Shown: positions 58,086 through 64,000 of the stretch, piece after piece
How positions within the stretch are numbered: the stretch's first letter is position 1
How the letters are laid out: each line of letters starts with the position of its first letter
Origin: an uncultured Gammaproteobacteria bacterium
Lineage (GTDB): Bacteria; Pseudomonadota; Gammaproteobacteria; JAURND01
Direction of reading: 5' to 3'
DNA length: 64,000 bases
Assembly (NCBI GenBank): GCA_963813895.1
Contig: CAWFAS010000004.1
Coordinates: forward strand, 571,798-635,797
Made by a program: the position numbers and the translations under genes
Notes under the pieces: generated by a model
Told to the model about the DNA's origin: nothing
Seen by the model: only the letters and a program-made list of their open reading frames with translations
The model's database searches: none

Positions 58086-59002
58086 ATGAACTGGAAAACC
58101 ACATTGCAGACTCTTATCAAGCAACACAATAAGACCGCTGCGGTCGGTGGCAAAGCCGTGAGCTTTGCCACCCAGGATGCCCGGCAGGAAATACTCTGGC
58201 TGGGATTTAAAGAATTACGCACCTTAGGATTTAAGCTGGATGATGTTCGCGGCTTTAAGGAGCGCCACATTACAGCTTTGGTGCAGGGTTGGGAAGCCAG
58301 AGGCTTATCTGCTTCTACTATCCAGAATCGCGTTAGTATCTTCAGGATATTTGCGGAATGGATTGGCAAAAAAGGAATGATTCGCCGTTCCGAGAACTAT
58401 GTCAAAAATCCAGATAGTGTGGTTCGACATCTGGTTACCCAAATCGATAAAACCTGGAGCGGACAGGGAATATCTTTGGAAGATAAGTTAGCTGGTATCC
58501 AAAAGCAGGATTGCCATATCGCCATTCAACTAAAGCTGCAACGTGTCTTTGGGCTCAGAATGAAAGAAGCTGCTTTATTGAAACCTCATGGGGCTGATAA
58601 AGGCAGTTACCTGGCAGTTAACTGGGAACGAAAGGCGGCCGAGACCGGATTGTCCCCATAACAACGAATTATCAACGGGAAATACTGGCAGAAGCCAAAA
58701 GGTTAATAATTAAACCCAATGATTCCATGACTCCGAATCGGTATAATTTCAAGCAATGGCGGAATCATTATTATTATGTATGCCAGAAGAGTGGTATCAG
58801 CCGCCAGGAGGGAATTACCAGCCACGGATTACGGCATGAACGGCTGAATGAAATCTACCAGGAAATAACTGGAATAGAGAGCCCTGTAAAAACTGGAAAC
58901 CCTAATTCAAATTGGGATATTGATAAAACTGCTCGCCAAGAAATTGCTGAGATTGCAGGGCACACCCGGCTGTCTATTGCAGGCGCCTATTTAGGCTCAT
59001 GA
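58086..59002 (+). pseudogene. Integrase-domain protein (phage-integrase N-terminal + catalytic domain), frameshifted
   Basis: Adding one G at 58624-58626 restores NWGTKGGRDR and joins to HGLRH..Y...GH; GLRMKE present. Confidence 0.8.
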
Positions 59003-59039
59003 TAAAATTTGGATAAGTTCCTTATTATAGGTTAATTCT

Positions 59040-60107
59040 ATGCCAACTAAACCACGAAATCTGGCACAAAAACATACTACGAAAAAATCAGTAAGCCCCA
59101 AAGTGTTATTAGCTGATATACGTCAGTTAATCAACGAAACTCGTCAGGCTGTCGCTTCTACAGTGAATACTAAGCTTACTATGCTCTATTGGCATATAGG
59201 GCATCGTATACATAAGGAGATTTTACAGGAAGAACGAGCAGAGTATGGACAATCAATTGTCGTGACACTGTCACAACAATTGGTTATGGATTATGGCAAG
59301 GGATTTGCAGAGAAAAATCTGCGACGTATGATCCAATTTGCAGAAGTATTCCCAGAAGAAAAGATTGTCGTATCGCTGATACGACAATTGAGCTGGACGC
59401 ATTTTATTGCTTTAATCCCTTTAAAAGAGGACGAAAAACGCGATTTTTACGCAGAAATGTGCAGAATTGAGCATTGGAATGTGCAGACATTAAGGAAACA
59501 GATCAGTTCTATGCTATATGAACGTACTGCACTGGCAAAGCAGCCTCAAGCAGTCATCCAAGCTCAGATCGATACACTACGTCAAAATGACACGCTTACC
59601 CCTGATCTAGTATTTCGTGATCCCTATGTGCTGGAATTTTTGAATCTAAATGACCACTATCTGGAAAAAGACCTCGAAGACGCTATTATGCGTGAGCTAG
59701 AACAGTTTTTGTTGGAATTGGGCACTGGCTTTTCCTTTCTTGCTCGACAAAAGCGCATTACAATTGATGATGAAGATTTTTATCTTGATTTATTATTTTA
59801 TCATCGAGATTTAAAGCGTCTAATAGCTATTGAATTAAAAATTGGTGATTTCAAAGCCAGCTACAAAGGACAGATGGAATTGTACCTACGATGGCTGGAT
59901 AAGTATGAACGCCGTTCTGGTGAAGATTCTCCCATTGGATTAATTCTTTGCGCCGGAAAGAAAACAGAGCAAATTGAATTGTTGGAGTTAGATCGTTCTG
60001 GTATCCATGTTGCTGAATATCTGACTGTGTTGCCAACTAAGGAAGTTCTCCAAGATAAGTTACATAAAGCTATTCAACATGCTAGATTGCGACTAAAAAA
60101 TGAATAG
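59040..60107 (+). CDS. YhcG/DUF1016 PDDEXK nuclease domain protein
   Basis: LYW.IG, LSWTH, RDPY.LEFL, ELG.GFSF.ARQKRI, IELK.G.FK, GQM..YL. Confidence 0.92.
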   Translation: MPTKPRNLAQKHTTKKSVSPKVLLADIRQLINETRQAVASTVNTKLTMLYWHIGHRIHKEILQEERAEYGQSIVVTLSQQLVMDYGKGFAEKNLRRMIQFAEVFPEEKIVVSLIRQLSWTHFIALIPLKEDEKRDFYAEMCRIEHWNVQTLRKQISSMLYERTALAKQPQAVIQAQIDTLRQNDTLTPDLVFRDPYVLEFLNLNDHYLEKDLEDAIMRELEQFLLELGTGFSFLARQKRITIDDEDFYLDLLFYHRDLKRLIAIELKIGDFKASYKGQMELYLRWLDKYERRSGEDSPIGLILCAGKKTEQIELLELDRSGIHVAEYLTVLPTKEVLQDKLHKAIQHARLRLKNE

Positions 60108-60164
60108 AATAAAAATTTAGTGGCAGATATTAAAAACAATTTAATAAATTTGGTTGTAATAAAA

Positions 60165-61109
60165 ATGCAGGACATTATCTTTTTATTTGGGGCAGGGGCA
60201 AGTAAAGGTGCTGGTTCTATTCTTCCAGAAGCTCCTCCTTTAGGCAACCCACTGTTTTATGAATTAATTAAATCTTTCCCTGGAAGTTGGGGTGGCCTGC
60301 CCAAAGAGATTGGAAGCGTTTTTAATAGTCAAGAGCTTGGTTTTGAGCAGGGCATGCAGTTGATCTATGAAAGATATCCCGTTTCTTTTATCCCGCAGTT
60401 AATGCGTGAAATGGCAATCTATTTTATTCAATTCAGACCCATTCCAGGAGCATCTCTATATTGCAAATTAATTAAATTCCTTAAAGATCACGGTATTTTA
60501 AATTATACGACTTTTTCTACTTTGAATTACGATTGCATTTTAGAGCTTGCTCTTTTCCATCAAGGGATAGATATCGACTATATATTTGGGAAGCTTATTT
60601 TCCATAACAACAATATTTCTTCTGTACTCAAATTACATGGCTCTTGCAATATGATGTTGGAGGGGATAAACGCCAGGGGGGAAGTATATTACGGTCAGAG
60701 CGTTGGGTTTGAAGGAGGGATTTCAGCAACACTGGATACTAATTTTATTTTAAATCATTTTCTTAATGGAACTTCCTTGGCTCCTGTCATGTGTTTATTT
60801 ATGAAGGGAAAACCTCTAAATATTGCTTATTCTAATATTAAACACTTACAAGAAAGCTGGACTGAGAAGGTACTAAACATCAATACAAAACATATTTTTA
60901 TTATAGGCGTTAGGCCACTTATAGAAGATCAACATATTTGGCAGCCATTGGCTAAAACTTCTGCCAGCCTATATTACATAGGAGATCAAGACCAATGGGA
61001 AGAATGGCATGAATCAAATAAGATAAAAAATGGAATTTACTTAGGTCAATTTTTTCATACCGCATTTGATTATTTACTGGAGAAACTAAATGAGTGCAGA
61101 AAGCATTAA
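60165..61109 (+). CDS. SIR2-like domain protein
   Basis: FLFGAGAS, TLNYD, KLHGS sirtuin motifs. Confidence 0.82.
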   Translation: MQDIIFLFGAGASKGAGSILPEAPPLGNPLFYELIKSFPGSWGGLPKEIGSVFNSQELGFEQGMQLIYERYPVSFIPQLMREMAIYFIQFRPIPGASLYCKLIKFLKDHGILNYTTFSTLNYDCILELALFHQGIDIDYIFGKLIFHNNNISSVLKLHGSCNMMLEGINARGEVYYGQSVGFEGGISATLDTNFILNHFLNGTSLAPVMCLFMKGKPLNIAYSNIKHLQESWTEKVLNINTKHIFIIGVRPLIEDQHIWQPLAKTSASLYYIGDQDQWEEWHESNKIKNGIYLGQFFHTAFDYLLEKLNECRKH

Positions 61110-61422
61110 CAAAGATATTTTTATTAGCAAGGAAAATCAAGAAAAGATTTATAAGTGGCTAAACGAAAAATGTATTGCTTTACGTTGTTTTTGTTGTGGC
61201 ATTAAAGATTTATCTCTTGTGGGGGAAGCCACTTCATCAATTGGGTATAATTTAGATACAACTAGAATGTACTATGGCGTTGCGATACCTAGTGTACAAA
61301 TAATTTGCAAAAATTGTGGGTACATACATCATTTCAATCCTATGGTTATGGGTGTAACACAAAAAGAATCAAGTGAAATGCCAGAAGCAGTATCCAGTGC
61401 CCAAACAGCGCTAGTAGAATAA
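61090..61422 (+). CDS. Small zinc-ribbon-like protein
   Basis: CFCC and CKNCG motifs; start overlaps the SIR2 end. Confidence 0.6.
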   Translation: MSAESINKDIFISKENQEKIYKWLNEKCIALRCFCCGIKDLSLVGEATSSIGYNLDTTRMYYGVAIPSVQIICKNCGYIHHFNPMVMGVTQKESSEMPEAVSSAQTALVE

Positions 61423-61603
61423 ATTTTTAAAATAATACTATTGGTTCAAGTCTGTTAGTGTAATTCCTGTGTAATCATGCCAAGAAAAGTATAGAATCTG
61501 AAAGCAATTCAAAGATAACGATAAAATCCTGATTTTTTAAAAATAGAAGAATAATCAACCTCTTAGGTAGGAAGAGAATTTCCAAGATAATTTGCCGGGG
61601 CTC

Positions 61604-61650
61604 TTCGTAATCAGTAGGTCGGAGGTTCGACTCCTCTTTTCGGCACCATT
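61604..61650 (+). repeat. att site: 3' part of tRNA-Thr(CGT), copy 2
   Basis: Identical 47 bp to 50432-50478. Confidence 0.88.
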
Positions 61651-61709
61651 TAATCAATGGGTTAGATAAGTTATTAAAGATGGAAATTTTTTGGTGCTAG
61701 GATGGTGCT

Positions 61710-62260
61710 ATGTTTGGTAATGTTTTGAGCCCTAGCAAAAAGGTTCAGGAGCAAAAATTTATGGAATCATACCCCACTAACAATGTTCCATGGCAATTTT
61801 GGAAAACACTTGAAGAGCTTAAACATAACGTCAAATATCTCGAGTTATTAAGCACCCGAGATGAAACTCGGAACATGTGGTTAAATATGATATTAGCCAT
61901 CACGTCATGTAGCAGTATCGCAGCTTGGGCAATATGGCAACAATACAGTATAGTATGGGCCATAATTATTGCTGCTGGACAAGTGATTACCGCAATTAAA
62001 CCTTATTTACCATTTAGAAAAAGGTTCAAAGCCTTCTTTAAAATTTTACCTGAAATATATGAATTATTTTTTGAAACCGAAAAGAAACGGAAAGAAAAAT
62101 CAATGCCTTGAGGATTGATATAAACCGAAAACAGCAGAAGCTACTGCATAGGTATTTTCCAAATCAAACATTGCCCGAGGATGATAAACTTTCTAAAAGA
62201 GCTGATGAGTTATTAAAGCAATACATGGACAGGCGCTACCCCACAGGAGAACAGAAATGA
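61710..62260 (+). pseudogene. SLATT-like two-TM protein, frameshifted
   Basis: LAITSCSSIAAWAIW..YSIVWAIIIAAGQVI.AIKPYLP; C-terminus continues in another frame open from 62075 to TGA 62260. Confidence 0.55.
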
Positions 62261-62406
62261 ATGAACCTAAAAAACATAATCCTTCAAATAGCTCAACTCA
62301 CGCTATGGATAAGAAACTTCCACTACCAAGGTATTCACATCCAATGCCACCAATTCAACCACCAGCTCCCGAGCCACCTAAAAAGCAAGAAAAAAGTAAA
62401 TCTTAG
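62257..62406 (+). CDS. 49-aa proline-rich small protein
   Basis: ATGA overlap with the previous stop; ...PMPPIQPPAPEPPKKQEKSKS. Confidence 0.4.
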   Translation: MNEPKKHNPSNSSTHAMDKKLPLPRYSHPMPPIQPPAPEPPKKQEKSKS

Positions 62407-62467
62407 AAATTTTAAACGTATATAAAATATGGGTTTCGCTATTCAACAATAAATCCTAGGAAACTAT

Positions 62468-63688
62468 GTGCAATTTACTATTGGATCACTAATAAGTGTT
62501 GTTGCTTTTCTTCTAGCTTTTTCTCAATTCCTAAGACCTATCATTCATCTACGCATAAACACTGGATGGCTAAAATTCAAACATGCAAAATGGTTGTTTT
62601 TTATCGGCGCAATAATGGTATTTATAGCTGCGATCATCGGACATTTACCCGTCATTATTCATAAACCCTATGTTTGGAGCTTTGGGAAAGCACTATTTTG
62701 GGAATTCTCAGCAGGCATTATTATCTTTACTGCTGCCATAATTCTTCTGCAACGAAGTTTTAGTCCTGCTAAATATAGTCAAAAGAATTCCAAAATATTT
62801 CTAGGTGAATGCTATCAAATTATAGCAAATGGTATAGAAAAGGATTTAAATGAACTGGCTAATGAAATGCAATATAGTATGGAAAAAATTTTCAACGCTG
62901 CCCTGAAACATATTAAATCTCCTGAGAATCCTTTCAAAAATTTAGAATACTCGTCTCCCATTTATTTACTAGACCTTTTCTCAGATCAAAGTTTTTGTAA
63001 AAGTATAGTTTGCAGCAACCCCAAAACTCTTCATGCAACTATCTTGGCCGCAAAAAATATTTCTGATGAAAGAGTTGGCTCACGATTTATAGCCCAGTTA
63101 CTTTTATCTTTATTAACTGAACATCAATCAATCTTGTATCGAGAAGAGAAAAACAAAGGACTTGGACTATTTTATGGCATTAAAATAGAAATATTTGAAG
63201 ATTTTAATTTTTTAATTGGCTCATATCAACCACTATCTATATGGAAATTTTCGGACAAAGATTCAGTGGGTGCAATTGAAATTAAGAAATACTTTGAGTT
63301 GGTAAATTCCGCTCTTGCAACCTATATGGATAAAAACGAAGATACTAAACCACAGATATTCTTTAGCGCTTTAACCAATATCGCTGAAATTATTACCAAT
63401 AATAATTATAGAACAAATATGCTATCAGAGAATAGAACATATGATTCACCCCAACAAAAAAACTTATTGGCTTGCTTTCTCGGAGTTAGTAATTTAATTA
63501 CAACAATTGCTAAACATTCAACTAATTTTCAAGTTGAAGAAAAAAGTATTAAAAAGAGTAAATTTGATTTTCTTCATGAAGATAGGACCTTATATGGCGC
63601 ACTCGCTTATGGAATTTACAAAATTATCGAGCAATTTTCAACAAAAGAATATAACAATGATTCAATCAAATTACTTGTATATTTTTAA
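62468..63688 (+). CDS. Membrane-anchored hypothetical protein, probably C-terminally truncated
   Basis: Three N-terminal TMs and an AT-rich soluble domain; ends at the junction with a gene remnant. Confidence 0.55.
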   Translation: MQFTIGSLISVVAFLLAFSQFLRPIIHLRINTGWLKFKHAKWLFFIGAIMVFIAAIIGHLPVIIHKPYVWSFGKALFWEFSAGIIIFTAAIILLQRSFSPAKYSQKNSKIFLGECYQIIANGIEKDLNELANEMQYSMEKIFNAALKHIKSPENPFKNLEYSSPIYLLDLFSDQSFCKSIVCSNPKTLHATILAAKNISDERVGSRFIAQLLLSLLTEHQSILYREEKNKGLGLFYGIKIEIFEDFNFLIGSYQPLSIWKFSDKDSVGAIEIKKYFELVNSALATYMDKNEDTKPQIFFSALTNIAEIITNNNYRTNMLSENRTYDSPQQKNLLACFLGVSNLITTIAKHSTNFQVEEKSIKKSKFDFLHEDRTLYGALAYGIYKIIEQFSTKEYNNDSIKLLVYF

Positions 63689-64000
63689 CTAAGCCAACAG
63701 ATTGACCCGCATAGTTTGCCAATGGTTCTAAATCTCCTTCCATCATTGGGTGTGACATATCATAACTGTAGCGCTCGACAGGACGATCTGGGGAGTATTG
63801 CGTGAATAATCTCATGTTCACCAAGCCGGTTTCCCTGCATTTACCCATTGCTTATACTATACGTGCTGTTATTGAGCACACGCATGTATGAATTTGGCCA
63901 TCACTTATCAAATATATGGCGGATTCAAACAATAAATGCAACTGGTTAATTAATTTTATATTATTGCCGCGCTTCTTCGTTCCAGCAACAACACATCACG
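63666..64000 (-). pseudogene. Decayed nitronate monooxygenase C-terminal remnant
   Basis: FDK*WPNSYMRVLNNST and EGDLEPLANYAGQSVGLV resemble FDIGWP..HRVLRN and GD....LYAGQSVGLV; stops and frame changes. Confidence 0.55.

Larger units (their letters stand above)
50432..61650. mobile_element. Satellite-like genomic island (about 11.2 kb) between the att repeats
   Basis: 47-bp direct repeats, its own integrase, AlpA-like HTH, DUF3987; no capsid or T4SS genes. Confidence 0.85.

Noticed and set aside
538-63957. Many 60-120 aa ORFs antisense to or nested in called genes
   Set aside because: Shadow ORFs without motifs or RBS.
1-64000. CRISPR array, rRNA, IS transposase, virion structural genes
   Set aside because: No regularly spaced repeats, rRNA-like sequence, DDE transposase, or capsid/portal/TerL/tail motifs were recognised.

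Overview
The window is almost entirely mobile DNA, probably from an AT-rich gammaproteobacterium (a Legionellales-like host is an inference from gene content only). It contains two integrated elements in tandem, delimited by two copies of a 47-bp 3' fragment of tRNA-Thr(CGT) at 50432-50478 and 61604-61650. Element 1 runs from left of the window to about 50478. Its backbone is a chimera. One part is a lambdoid-prophage-type integration, early and regulatory module: integrase, xis-like HTH, Cro-ParB fusion, replisome organiser with internal palindromes, DUF6475, antiterminator-Q-like gene, a pR'-like promoter with two terminators, ParB-methylase and a terminase-small-subunit-like gene. Where phage head and tail genes would be expected, it continues on the same strand into an F-type conjugation operon (traA-L-E-K-B-V-C-trbI-traW-U-trbC-traF-H-G). 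Seven cargo blocks interrupt the backbone between genes without breaking any of them. The cargo is rich in GNATs, phosphotransferases, a class A beta-lactamase, ANT(9), a VanX-like peptidase and a HigBA-type toxin-antitoxin pair. Several cargo junctions carry short direct repeats, and removing one block restores a Q-stop/pR' junction. Element 2 (about 11.2 kb) is a satellite-like island with an integrase, AlpA-like HTH, a DUF3987 gene followed by a perfect 30-bp inverted repeat, a frameshifted integrase-domain gene, YhcG, and a SIR2 plus zinc-finger gene pair. After the second att site come a SLATT-like gene, a truncated membrane protein and a decayed nitronate monooxygenase. All family calls are from motif recognition by eye; no database searches were run.
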